Of a stretch of DNA of 64,000 nt, positions 55,266 to 64,000 are shown piece by piece; the first letter of the stretch is position 1; every line of letters starts with the position of its first letter. The stretch is from contig CAZLUD010000002.1 in NCBI GenBank assembly GCA_964562615.1, positions 89,300 to 153,299 on the forward strand, in the 5' to 3' direction. The stretch comes from an uncultured Candidatus Saccharibacteria bacterium. GTDB lineage: Bacteria > Patescibacteriota > Minisyncoccia > Phycocordibacterales > UBA12088. A program made the translations under genes and the position numbers. The notes beneath the pieces were generated by a model. The model worked only from the letters and a program-made list of their open reading frames with translations, had not been told where the DNA came from and ran no database searches.

Positions 55266-55970
55266 CTACTTCAATACCACAGACTCTATAATCACTGGGG
55301 TTACCGGCCTATCACTTTCGTTTGTCTTTGTTTTTACAATTTTCTCTACAACATCCATACCTGCTACCACCTTTCCGAAGACGGGATGTTTTCCGTCGAG
55401 GAATGTATTGTCTGCAACGTTAATGAAGAATTGACTTCCTCCTGTATTTGGACCTGCATTTGCCATTGAGATAGTACCAACTACATTTGAGTGATTCCCA
55501 GTAAATTCATCTTTAATACTATATCCAGGACCTCCTGTTCCCCATCTGTTTACTTGTGCATCATCTTTAGTAAGAGGATCTCCCCCTTGAATCATAAACC
55601 CATCAATGATGCGGTGAAATTTTGTTCCATTATAAAATCCTTTTGATGCAAGTGAGATAAAGTTCTCTGTAGTTACTGGCATGGTGTCAGTAAACAGCTC
55701 TAGAGTAAAGGTACCCATTGAGGTAGTAAATGTTGCGCTCTTTATGTTTTGTGGTGTTTGTGTGTCATTCATAGTTGGTGTGGTAGTTGCGGTAGTGGTT
55801 ACTCCTGTTGCTAATCCCGTTGGCGCTTCTGTTACCTCTTCTTGTTTCTCACCGGTTGCAAGCTCTGCTTTATCACGTGAGGTGCTATACCAATACAATC
55901 CACCTCCTGCTATCACCATAAGGATGATACCAGCAAATATAGTCATGGGGTCTGTTGTAGAGTCTTTCAT
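55266..55970 (-). CDS. Cyclophilin-type peptidyl-prolyl isomerase, membrane-anchored
   Basis: FY.GT.FHR.I.GFMIQGGDP, SMANAGPNTGGSQFFI, H.VFG.V. Confidence 0.95.
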   Translation of the reverse strand: MKDSTTDPMTIFAGIILMVIAGGGLYWYSTSRDKAELATGEKQEEVTEAPTGLATGVTTTATTTPTMNDTQTPQNIKSATFTTSMGTFTLELFTDTMPVTTENFISLASKGFYNGTKFHRIIDGFMIQGGDPLTKDDAQVNRWGTGGPGYSIKDEFTGNHSNVVGTISMANAGPNTGGSQFFINVADNTFLDGKHPVFGKVVAGMDVVEKIVKTKTNESDRPVTPVIIESVVLK

Positions 55971-56073
55971 ATGCGTGTGAGTATACCAAAACAGATACAC
56001 TATCTGCAAACAGCAAACGCTCTCGATATACGAGAGCGTCTACGACTATATGAATTAAAGAACAAATTGAAAA

Positions 56074-56208
56074 TTAGTGGGTTTCCTTACCCATGACAAC
56101 AATACCACTTCCTTGGATTGTTGATTTGATATTGGTATGACCATACTCCATAAACACAAGAAAAAGCAGTAAACAGCAAACGACCCAACCAAGGATTCTT
56201 TTTGCCAT
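56074..56208 (-). CDS. Small single-TM protein (44 aa)
   Basis: SD AAGGAGGT before ATG 56208; hairpin at 56017-56039 downstream. Confidence 0.55.
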   Translation of the reverse strand: MAKRILGWVVCCLLLFLVFMEYGHTNIKSTIQGSGIVVMGKETH

Positions 56209-56275
56209 GAGGGTACCTCCTTTTTTTCTCACCCATTGCAAGCGACGCACGGGATGTCGATTCCTTACACTTGGA

Positions 56276-58558
56276 TTATTTTGCGTATTTGAGACCCTCC
56301 TCAAACTTTACCGAAAGCAGCCTCGATGCCCCATCAGCGCCCATAGTGACCCCGTACAACACCCCCGCTCTACTCATGGTCTCGCGGTTATGAGTGATAA
56401 GTATGAGCTGAGAATCCTTCGCAAGAGTCTCAATCATATCCCCATATCTTCTTGAATTTGCTTCATCAAGAGCAGCGTCTGTCTCGTCAAGAATAATAAA
56501 CGGTGGTGGATTTACCCTACTCATCGCAAAGATAAGTGCAATTGAGGTAAGCGCCCTCTCGCCACCAGAGAGCATCTGAAGGCCTTTAATGCGCTTATTT
56601 GGAAGCGCTACTGACACCTCCACCCCTTCTTCGCTCTCATCTAGTCCCTCAGCAGTAGGCATAGGTCCTTTGTCGTCAGCATCCTCAAGTACCACGTCTG
56701 TATCAATACGAGAGCGCTTTTTTTCTTTTACCACCGTAAGACCAGCCGACCCTCCGCCAAACATCAGGGTGAAGAGGGTATTAAACTCTTTAGAAATAGT
56801 CGTAATTCCCTCTTTGAACTTTTCATCAAGCTTAGATTCTAAATCCTTTATGAGTCCCTCAAGAGAGTGTACCGTGGCTTCAAGATCGGCAATCTCTTTA
56901 AGTAAAAATTCTGCTCTTCCATGCACCTCTTCGTATTCTTTCATTATCTCATCTGCGTTAGCGCCACCAAGCTCCTCGAGTCGAATTTTTAACTTCTCAA
57001 GGTGACGTCTACGTTCATATTGCACATCTCGTGCTTCAGCCACTATCTCATCATCTGTAATTGGCGTGCCATCCTCACGTAACAGCTCTGTCTCTTCAAA
57101 ACCACGTACTGCATGCCCTATCAATACCACCGCTTCTCGTACTTCGCGTTCATACTCTTCGGTATCCCTCTTATGAACCAGTTCTTTTGTTTTAATTTTA
57201 TCTATAGTGGCACGCAACTCTGTTTGTCTTGCCATGAGACGAAATACTTCTTTTTCTGCTTCTCTTCCTTCATTGCGTTCATTCTCAATATCTTTCTCGA
57301 GTTGTTTATATGATTGATAGACACGCTCTTCACGAGCAGCAAGTGTTTGGAGTGCGTCTTTTAACGTTTGATGTCGCTCAACTAAGCGTAGGCGCTCTTC
57401 CTCATCTTCTTTGTGATGATCTTCTGCGCCTCTGTGATCGGTAATAAAGGTGGCGATAATTTCTTTCGCTCTTGCTATAACCTCTCGCAACAATGACGCC
57501 TCTTTTGCTTCAGCTCCTTCAAAGAGCGTGGTGATATTTTCTGCAAGAGTCTCTACTCGCGAAAAGGCCACCACCGTATCGCTCCCCATCCTCTCTTTAG
57601 CCCGCTCTATGCTATTTTCTAGACTCACAATCTCTCCTTCTAACCTTCCTATCATTCTGTATTGCTCGTCCTTTTCTTTGCGCACCTGAGCTATTTCGCT
57701 TTCAAGCGAAAGGAGCATGTCGCTTTTTTCATCATGATGACCATTAGTCTCAAGTGTGTGACGCGCGCGCTCGATATCCTTCTCACACAGTGCAAGCTCG
57801 TTAGTAGGTCCTTCAAGATCGCGAGCGAGTATTGTACGCTCACGCGCAAGATACAACGCTTCTCGTTTTAAATATTCTCGTACATCCTTTGCGAGTGATT
57901 CGCGTACCTCTTTTGCTTTTTCAAGTTTTTTTACTTGTCGCTCTAAAAACCGTAGGTGCGGTTCGATTTCTTTTTGCAAGGAAAGTATGTGGGCTTTGTT
58001 TTCGTTTGTCTTTTTTAGCTTTCGCTCGCTTTCTGTTTTTTTGTATTGAAATACCTTAAGACCTAGTGCATCCTCAATCATGAGGCGACGATCCTTTGGT
58101 GGCGCAGACAATATTCTGTCTGCCTCCCCCTGAGAGATGATATGGTGTCCACTTGGGCCAATATTAGCCCCCGCAAGAAGCTCGATGATGTCTTTGAGTC
58201 GTACTACCGAACCATTCAATCGATACTCATTAGTGCCATCTTTATATACCACCCGTTCAAGAGTTACCTCATCAAAATCTATAGCTAAAAATCGTTTAGT
58301 ATTATCAAATACCAATGTTACCGATGCGCGTCCCTGTCCAGGGATTGCCTGTGTTCCAGAAAATATCAAATCCTCTCCCCGCTTTCCTCGCATCGATTTA
58401 AATGATTGTTCACCAAGTACAAATCTAAAACTCTCCGCAAAATTACTCTTGCCTGACCCATTAGGGCCAACGATAGACGTGATTGGTGAGGTAAACTCAA
58501 ACTCCGTTTTTTTTGCAAACGATTTAAATCCTGTTATTTCGAGAGAACGAAGGTGCAT
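56276..58558 (-). CDS. smc: SMC-family ATPase, short form (760 aa)
   Basis: GFKSF, GPNGSGKSN, Q-loop SQG, LSGGE, ILDE.DAALD, ITH; next to rnc. Confidence 0.88.
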   Translation of the reverse strand: MHLRSLEITGFKSFAKKTEFEFTSPITSIVGPNGSGKSNFAESFRFVLGEQSFKSMRGKRGEDLIFSGTQAIPGQGRASVTLVFDNTKRFLAIDFDEVTLERVVYKDGTNEYRLNGSVVRLKDIIELLAGANIGPSGHHIISQGEADRILSAPPKDRRLMIEDALGLKVFQYKKTESERKLKKTNENKAHILSLQKEIEPHLRFLERQVKKLEKAKEVRESLAKDVREYLKREALYLARERTILARDLEGPTNELALCEKDIERARHTLETNGHHDEKSDMLLSLESEIAQVRKEKDEQYRMIGRLEGEIVSLENSIERAKERMGSDTVVAFSRVETLAENITTLFEGAEAKEASLLREVIARAKEIIATFITDHRGAEDHHKEDEEERLRLVERHQTLKDALQTLAAREERVYQSYKQLEKDIENERNEGREAEKEVFRLMARQTELRATIDKIKTKELVHKRDTEEYEREVREAVVLIGHAVRGFEETELLREDGTPITDDEIVAEARDVQYERRRHLEKLKIRLEELGGANADEIMKEYEEVHGRAEFLLKEIADLEATVHSLEGLIKDLESKLDEKFKEGITTISKEFNTLFTLMFGGGSAGLTVVKEKKRSRIDTDVVLEDADDKGPMPTAEGLDESEEGVEVSVALPNKRIKGLQMLSGGERALTSIALIFAMSRVNPPPFIILDETDAALDEANSRRYGDMIETLAKDSQLILITHNRETMSRAGVLYGVTMGADGASRLLSVKFEEGLKYAK

Positions 58559-58586
58559 GTGTACTCAGTATACAAAAGGCGTACCG

Positions 58587-59282
58587 TTATCGCCATCCCT
58601 TAGATTCAAGCGCGTGATCAGCAGCTTCTTGTTCTGCTTCTTGTTTAGACTTTCCACTACCCTTTGCAATGCATTCATCAGCAATATACACACCGACCAC
58701 AAACTGCTTATCATGATCAGGACCACTTTCAGAAAGAAGTTCATAAACTGGAGTAACACCATGTACTTCTTGCGCCTTTTCTTGGAAAAAACTTTTACTG
58801 TCCTGCCACAATCTCCCTTCAATAACAGAGTCCATTTTATGCAAGAGGGTGGTGGTGATAAATGCACGTGCGCCTTCATAGCCATTATCCAAAAACAGCG
58901 CCCCGATAAATGCCTCGTAGGTATTAGCAAGAATATACTGACGTGCTCTGCCGGTATCCTTTTGTTCGCCTCGTGAGAGGTACAGATAATCATTCATCCC
59001 AAGAGCCGTTGCAGATTCAGAAAGTGATTGTGTATTCACTAGCGCTGCTCTGTAGGCAGTTAAATCTCCTTCTGTTTTATCAGGATACTTTTCAAACAAA
59101 AAGTTAGTAACCACAAGCTCAAGTACTGCATCTCCTAAAAACTCGAGCCGTTCGTTATGCTCGATTTTCTCTCCCCTATGTTCATTTACATATGAACGAT
59201 GAACAAACGCCTGTCTAAGGAGGTGTTTGTCAGTAAAGGTAATACCTACTGAATCTGCAAAAGTTTTTCCGTCGCTGTTCAT
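58587..59282 (-). CDS. rnc: Ribonuclease III
   Basis: HNERLEFLGDAVL signature and dsRBD. Confidence 0.98.
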   Translation of the reverse strand: MNSDGKTFADSVGITFTDKHLLRQAFVHRSYVNEHRGEKIEHNERLEFLGDAVLELVVTNFLFEKYPDKTEGDLTAYRAALVNTQSLSESATALGMNDYLYLSRGEQKDTGRARQYILANTYEAFIGALFLDNGYEGARAFITTTLLHKMDSVIEGRLWQDSKSFFQEKAQEVHGVTPVYELLSESGPDHDKQFVVGVYIADECIAKGSGKSKQEAEQEAADHALESKGWR

Positions 59283-59285
59283 GAT

Positions 59286-60200
59286 TTACCCTCGTTTTAC
59301 GAGAATATTTATTGCATTGGTGACAACGGGGAGTATATCGTTATAAAAATTAAGGTCAAGGATGTTTGCAAGCTTAAACCACTTTGCATCATCTAGCCCT
59401 CCCTTTTCTTCAAGAACCAAATCTACAAAAGGTGATTCGCCCAAAAAGTACGTAACCTGCTTTCGAACCTTACCTTTTTCTGGTGTAGTCGCCACATACT
59501 CATTTTGACCAAGCTTTTCATGGACCACTATATCAAGTCCAATTTCGTCTTTTATTTCTCTCTTTACGGCATCCTCAAGTGCGGTGGTGGTATCACCAAC
59601 ACTACCCTTAGGTAGTGTCCAATGACCAAATACATCATGGACAAGCGCTACGTACAAATCTTTACCGTCCTCAGCAAATACCACTGCGCCTACCTTGCGC
59701 TCAATGGGCATCTTATCAAACGGTACATCGCGCTTCTTTTTTTCCTTTTTGCCAGTTTCTGCTTTTCCTGGTTCACCAATTTCTTTGTATACGGCACCTA
59801 GTACTCCGTTTATAAATCTACCGCTATTCTCTCCACCGAAATTTTTTGCAAGTTCAATAGCTTCATTGATAGCAACCTTTGCTGGTACCTCGTTTCTGTC
59901 TGAAAAAAGTAGTTCGTATAGTCCTATGCGTAAAATATTTCTATCAATTGGAGCAATTCTTTCAATAGGCCACTCAGGCGCTGCCTTTGAGATAATATCA
60001 TCTATATCACGGCGCTTTTCTATGACTCCACGCATGAGTTTACTCATAAACGCCTGGTCGTTTGACCCTGGGGCAAATTCTTCTATGTTGCGGGCGAGCG
60101 CCTCGCGTTCGTCTATTTTTAGGCGACTATCATGCATTGCCTCATCCCACTCAAAGAGTGTTTGAAGAACAATCGATCGTGATAGGTGCCTATTTGCCAT
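59286..60200 (-). CDS. nusB: Transcription antitermination factor NusB fused to a Nudix domain
   Basis: RHLSR...Q.LFE, DRNILR...YEL, INEAIELAK.FG..SG.FINGVL; C-terminal WTLPKG...REI.DE.GL. Confidence 0.92.
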   Translation of the reverse strand: MANRHLSRSIVLQTLFEWDEAMHDSRLKIDEREALARNIEEFAPGSNDQAFMSKLMRGVIEKRRDIDDIISKAAPEWPIERIAPIDRNILRIGLYELLFSDRNEVPAKVAINEAIELAKNFGGENSGRFINGVLGAVYKEIGEPGKAETGKKEKKKRDVPFDKMPIERKVGAVVFAEDGKDLYVALVHDVFGHWTLPKGSVGDTTTALEDAVKREIKDEIGLDIVVHEKLGQNEYVATTPEKGKVRKQVTYFLGESPFVDLVLEEKGGLDDAKWFKLANILDLNFYNDILPVVTNAINILVKRG

Positions 60201-60312
60201 GAAAATGGGAACGGTATAGAAGACGTGTCACACTCCTATATCCCTATAGTGACTCAGGTTCAGTCTTTTGCCAAGAGGTAGGCTGTGAATTTCTTTTTAC
60301 CGGAGGTACGTA

Positions 60313-60573
60313 CTACTTAGCAGTAGTTTTCTTTTCAGGGAGGCGTCCGTCAGCGATTGCTTTTTTCTCACTTGCTTTTGCGAGTTTCTTTTTAGAGGTG
60401 AGGGTAACGTCAACGATCATTTTACCTCGATAGTAGCCGCACTTTGAGCACATGGTGTGTCTTCGATATGGGCTTTTGCAATTTGTGCACGTAGAAAGAC
60501 GAGGTGCCAAAACGCGATGATGGCTCCTTCGTGCGCCAGTTTTTGCCCTTGTTGACTTCATTCGTACCGACAT
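60313..60573 (-). CDS. rpmF: 50S ribosomal protein L32
   Basis: RRSH, CxxC...H..CxxCG.Y.G. Confidence 0.93.
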   Translation of the reverse strand: MSVRMKSTRAKTGARRSHHRVLAPRLSTCTNCKSPYRRHTMCSKCGYYRGKMIVDVTLTSKKKLAKASEKKAIADGRLPEKKTTAK

Positions 60574-60601
60574 AGTGAGAAAGACTATACCCTAAAAGCC
60601 T

Positions 60602-60635
60602 AAAAAAAGCAAACCGGCACGCATTGCGTGCCGGT
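60602..60635 (-). terminator. Intrinsic terminator
   Basis: ACCGGCACGC-att-GCGTGCCGGT with adjacent A-run. Confidence 0.7.
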
Positions 60636-60667
60636 CCAGCTCTTTTTGAGAATCTATTGTAGTGGTA

Positions 60668-60814
60668 TCAAGAATACCTCAACAAGCTTTGTCCTTTCCT
60701 ATTTCCACTTTTTGGTGTTTTTGACAGATTTACATACATTGTTGCTCTTGCGAGCACTTGTTTGAGTTTTTTTTCTTGCCTCTTCTTTTTAGGTAAGTTT
60801 TTTTCAACCTTCAT
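60668..60814 (-). CDS. Small Lys-rich hypothetical protein (48 aa)
   Basis: SD GGGAGGT; MKVEKNLPKKKRQEKKLKQVLARATMYVNLSKTPKSGNRKGQSLLRYS; terminator downstream. Confidence 0.45.
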   Translation of the reverse strand: MKVEKNLPKKKRQEKKLKQVLARATMYVNLSKTPKSGNRKGQSLLRYS

Positions 60815-60949
60815 GAGAACCTCCCATGTCACACCGCCACAATTGACGGTTCCACGAAGTATTATGCAACAATAGAATATTTAATCAAGTGCAAAATGTT
60901 GAACAGTCTTAATTGCTTATTTCGTACTATGACTAATATAAAATTATCC

Positions 60950-61429
60950 TTATGTGATCTGCTTTTTGTACTCTGCAAATGTCCCCAACCCAAGATTTTT
61001 TCTTTTCTGATCTAAGGTTTCCATATCCACTATTTCAAAAAATTCGACAGCACCGGCAATTTTCTTGTACTGGGTTCCATATATCTGTGGCAGATTTTGC
61101 AAGATATTCACACGATCAATCAAATATGCAATATCACCCTGAATAGTCTCCTTGTTCGTTTTATCTTTGAACAGTTCTATAACATGCTTCATTAGCGTAA
61201 TATTATTTGAATGCTGTACAGCAAGAAAAGCAGCTCTATATGCCTTTACAGAATTTTTATCCAAAAACGGGAACCCGTGGTTAGTGATCAAGTTATTAAT
61301 ACGTAAAGCATTCTTAGTTTGAACTTCAATAAGTTTGAGTGATGTTATTTTTCCATTCTTAAAATCCTTAATCATTTTTTGATCCTGATCAAACAGCTCC
61401 TCAAGGATTTTTTCGTTTTCGTTTTTCAA
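60950..61429 (-). CDS. DUF6624-like protein
   Basis: DQ, N...I..I...GFP, AAFLAVQHS, AYL.DR......PQ.YGTQ, D..R...GL pattern; TTG start. Confidence 0.7.
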   Translation of the reverse strand: MKNENEKILEELFDQDQKMIKDFKNGKITSLKLIEVQTKNALRINNLITNHGFPFLDKNSVKAYRAAFLAVQHSNNITLMKHVIELFKDKTNKETIQGDIAYLIDRVNILQNLPQIYGTQYKKIAGAVEFFEIVDMETLDQKRKNLGLGTFAEYKKQIT

Positions 61430-61448
61430 ACAATTTTAATAGTTACAT

Positions 61449-61496
61449 AAAAAGACACCCTACATAGGCACTCACAGAGTGATTATATAGGGTATC
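61449..61496 (-). terminator. Stem-loop/terminator after the RiPP precursor
   Basis: Minus-strand RNA GAUACCCUAUAUA..CACUC-UGU-GAGUG..UAUGUAGGGUGUC-UUUUU; pairs fully only via G-U on this strand. Confidence 0.7.
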
Positions 61497-61517
61497 AAGT
61501 AGAGCTACAACTCGAGG

Positions 61518-61703
61518 TTAGATGGTGTCACCGTCACCTGAGGCCTCGTTCAAAGTGTCCACTTCCGCTAGGAAATGGGGATTTTGTTGATCCTGAACAC
61601 TCAGAAGTGGATCCATGGCCTCGGCCCGCAAAAAAGTGATCGGCATTCGCGTCTCATCGATACGACCACCTGTCACCATGGCTTCGCATTCGGGGTTATG
61701 CAA
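61518..61703 (-). CDS. Putative graspetide precursor peptide (about 61 aa)
   Basis: SD AAGGGGGTGA then TTG; immediately downstream of the ATP-grasp gene; PITFLRAE leader-like motif; acidic T/S/D/E C-terminus DTLNEASGDGDTI. Confidence 0.65.
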   Translation of the reverse strand: MHNPECEAMVTGGRIDETRMPITFLRAEAMDPLLSVQDQQNPHFLAEVDTLNEASGDGDTI

Positions 61704-61734
61704 GATTATCACCCCCTTTCACTCCACAAAGGTA

Positions 61735-62718
61735 TCAGCATGTCAACAGGTCTGCAAGTGCTTGTGAAATCGGCATACCTGCCACAAGCTCTGATGGAAC
61801 CCACTGTCCTTGGGGGTTTATTTCTAGAAAATAGTACTCGCCGTCACTTGAGAGGCACATATCAATCACTCCAAAGCGCAGTCCAAAATATTCGACATAA
61901 TCGCGACAAAGACACTCGAGGCCTTCTGGTAACCTGAATGGCTTGTAGATCCTATTAAGCTTGTGATTCCTCCAATCCACATTATCACTACCAGCACCAG
62001 CATCAGCATCATGATGTATGGAGACTGCAAAAACATTTCTACCTACGACGGTAATTCTTATGTCTATTTTTTCGACAATGGCCTCCTGAAAGATCACGGG
62101 GCAGTTTCTCACAAGATTAATATTTTCCTGAACTTCCTCAGGATTAATGATCCTTGTGTAAACAACCAAATCCTGATGATTTCCCTCAGGAGAAAACCTG
62201 AAATGACCAGTCCCGACAGGTTTCATTATGAGTCGCAAATCCTTGTTATTCTTGAGAAAATCAAGAACGACCTGAGGGTCGTTTGAAATTACAGTGCGAG
62301 GGATTTTGAAACCCATCTTCTTTGCGACCCTTAGCTGAAAAGGTTTACTGTTAGCGATTCGAGTGTTCTCTGGATCAGAAACCCACGTGACATCAGGCAA
62401 CAACTGGAATAAAGATCTGATGAAAACCTCGGACTCCGCTTCTATATATTTATCGAGTGGATCCGTGCTTACTCCTCGTAATTTACCCTTAGGTCTTCTC
62501 CACCAAACACCCGTTACGGTGTTACTGTCGAATCCCTGATCATCTTGCCGAAAGCGAACGAAAGGTTCTTCACAGGAATAGTCAATTGAGGCAACACTTT
62601 GCGAGGGAAACAGACTGAGATCAATCAAATTATACTGCTGATCCATCTCTCTGAATCTCTCAGACAATATTTTTGTAGTTCCATCATCGGCATGCGAGAT
62701 TACAAGGACAGTCTTCAT
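61735..62718 (-). CDS. MvdC/MvdD-family ATP-grasp RiPP macrocyclase
   Basis: VWWRRP, A.SKP.QL..A...GF.IP.T..SN, MKP, PVIFQE.I, DIRITVVG, DWR, FG.ID, FLEINP.GQW. Confidence 0.9.
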   Translation of the reverse strand: MKTVLVISHADDGTTKILSERFREMDQQYNLIDLSLFPSQSVASIDYSCEEPFVRFRQDDQGFDSNTVTGVWWRRPKGKLRGVSTDPLDKYIEAESEVFIRSLFQLLPDVTWVSDPENTRIANSKPFQLRVAKKMGFKIPRTVISNDPQVVLDFLKNNKDLRLIMKPVGTGHFRFSPEGNHQDLVVYTRIINPEEVQENINLVRNCPVIFQEAIVEKIDIRITVVGRNVFAVSIHHDADAGAGSDNVDWRNHKLNRIYKPFRLPEGLECLCRDYVEYFGLRFGVIDMCLSSDGEYYFLEINPQGQWVPSELVAGMPISQALADLLTC

Positions 62719-62841
62719 GGCGATTTCTACCTTCCTAGTTCCTAGGTTGAAACTTGTGTACCAAATTAAAAGTATAAAAATGAATAAGCGTTGTCAACCA
62801 CTTAATGAAGTGAGTCCAGACCACAGTGCCGGGGTGAATTC

Positions 62842-63447
62842 TCAATGACAAAACGTAATTCGGTGTTGATTACTTATCCCATGCTTTCTTATCGCCTTTT
62901 TGTGCAATTTTGTTCCATATCCTTTATGGCGGGCAAATTGATATTCTGGATATACAGCATCAAGCTCAACCATATACGCATCTCGATGCACTTTTGCCGT
63001 AATAGACGCTAGCGCAATGCAGGCAACCTTTTCATCTCCCTTTATGATTGTTTCTTGTCGTGTGTACTCGCTCCCCGCTTTGATACCTCCATCAAGAACT
63101 ATCACGCAGCAAGCGGGGTCAGCAGATACCTTTTTAAGAACGCGAGCAATCCCCACTTTAACTGCAGATACTATTCCTTTAGTATCTATATGCTTGTTAT
63201 CTATGAGCGCGTATGCGCTTTGTATGTTGCTGTCTTGTTCGAGTTTTTGTAACCACTCCTCCCTCTTTTTTGGTGACAACTTTTTTGAATCCTGTATACC
63301 TTGTAGCCACGTAGGGTAATACTCTACACTCATTTTTACTGCTCCAACCGATACCGGCCCCGCAAGCGCCCCGCGTCCCGCCTCATCAATACCGACAATA
63401 TGGGTTACCCCCATTTTTTTGTACGCGCGAGAAAGTTTTCGATGCAT
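62842..63447 (-). CDS. rnhB: Ribonuclease HII
   Basis: GIDEAGRG.LAGPV, DSKKL, DG, KGD, ASI.AKV.RD, HKGYGT..H. Confidence 0.97.
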   Translation of the reverse strand: MHRKLSRAYKKMGVTHIVGIDEAGRGALAGPVSVGAVKMSVEYYPTWLQGIQDSKKLSPKKREEWLQKLEQDSNIQSAYALIDNKHIDTKGIVSAVKVGIARVLKKVSADPACCVIVLDGGIKAGSEYTRQETIIKGDEKVACIALASITAKVHRDAYMVELDAVYPEYQFARHKGYGTKLHKKAIRKHGISNQHRITFCH

Positions 63448-63479
63448 AGTGTTCTGCTATACTACCATCACCACAATTC

Positions 63480-64000
63480 ATGAACGACTTTATTCACCTT
63501 CATACCCATAGCCACTACACTCTTTTGGGGGCACTCCCCACCATAAAGGAGCTCGTTCACGCCACAAAAGATGCGGGTATGAGCGCCGTTGCGCTTACCG
63601 ACAATGGCAATTTATATGGCGCCGTTGAGTTTTATGAAGAATGTCTCAAGGAAGGGATAAAACCAATCATTGGCATTGACGCATACCTTGCGCCACGCAC
63701 CATAGCAGACAAAGAAGCGGGTATAGACAAACCTCGTAACAGAATAGTGCTCCTCGCCAAAAACTACGATGGCTACGTTAATTTAATAAAGATAGTCACC
63801 GCTTCGTATACTGAGGGGTTTTATTATCGACCACGAGTTGATAAACAATTACTTGAAACATACAAAGACAATCTCATTGCAATCATTCCTTCCTTTGCAG
63901 GAGAAGTATCTTCACTAATCCGCCAAGGTGCACAGCAAAGCGCAAAAGAAGCACTCCTGTGGTACACAGAGGTATTTGGAGAGGACTGCTACCTAGAAAT
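63480..64000 (+). CDS. dnaE: DNA polymerase III alpha subunit, 5' part (PHP domain)
   Basis: Not in track (runs off edge). MNDFIHLHTHSHYTLL...ALTDNGNLYGAVEFY...IKPIIG...LLAKN..GY.NL...FYYRPRVD. Confidence 0.93.
   Translation, partial: MNDFIHLHTHSHYTLLGALPTIKELVHATKDAGMSAVALTDNGNLYGAVEFYEECLKEGIKPIIGIDAYLAPRTIADKEAGIDKPRNRIVLLAKNYDGYVNLIKIVTASYTEGFYYRPRVDKQLLETYKDNLIAIIPSFAGEVSSLIRQGAQQSAKEALLWYTEVFGEDCYLE

Noticed and set aside
60600-62840. Direct repeats bounding the RiPP island
   Set aside because: Only short scrambled similarities (GTGCCGG, GTCCAG) at the two ends; not convincing
1-64000. tRNA, rRNA, tmRNA or SRP RNA genes
   Set aside because: No T-loop/cloverleaf or rRNA signature recognised in intergenic regions by eye; tRNAscan-SE/Infernal would be needed to exclude them fully

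Overview
Bacterial chromosomal window, most likely Patescibacteria (CPR, Parcubacteria-like). This is inferred from gene content: a short hinge-less SMC, a NusB-Nudix fusion, a sigma4/HARE-HTH protein, DUF5671- and Gmad2-type proteins, and many apparently leaderless genes. Most of it is housekeeping: mnmA, mltG, leuS, ychF, an RND pump, truB, hisS, uppP, rpoD, dnaG, rpoC, rpoB, trmD, khpA, rpsP, rnr, pyrF, smc, rnc, nusB, rpmF, rnhB and the 5' end of dnaE. Two accessory loci stand out. (1) 19.5-25.6 kb, all on the minus strand: an SOS-box-preceded truncated LexA runs in frame into a secreted fibre-like protein with a Peptidase_S74 chaperone. The middle of that gene is an array of dissimilar 69-94 codon modules joined by a 24-bp repeat conserved at the DNA level (GGCAACGTCGGCATYGGGACGACG). 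It is followed by a Zn-ribbon/HTH/RecB-type nuclease gene and an Avd-like four-helix-bundle gene, making it a candidate module-shuffling or diversification system. (2) 60.9-62.8 kb: a minimal graspetide (ATP-grasp RiPP) cluster with an unannotated precursor peptide and a DUF6624-like gene. Several small orphan genes with strong Shine-Dalgarno sites and their own terminators lie between core genes. No rRNA, tRNA, CRISPR array or intact transposase was recognised. All family assignments come from motif recognition by eye, not from database searches.
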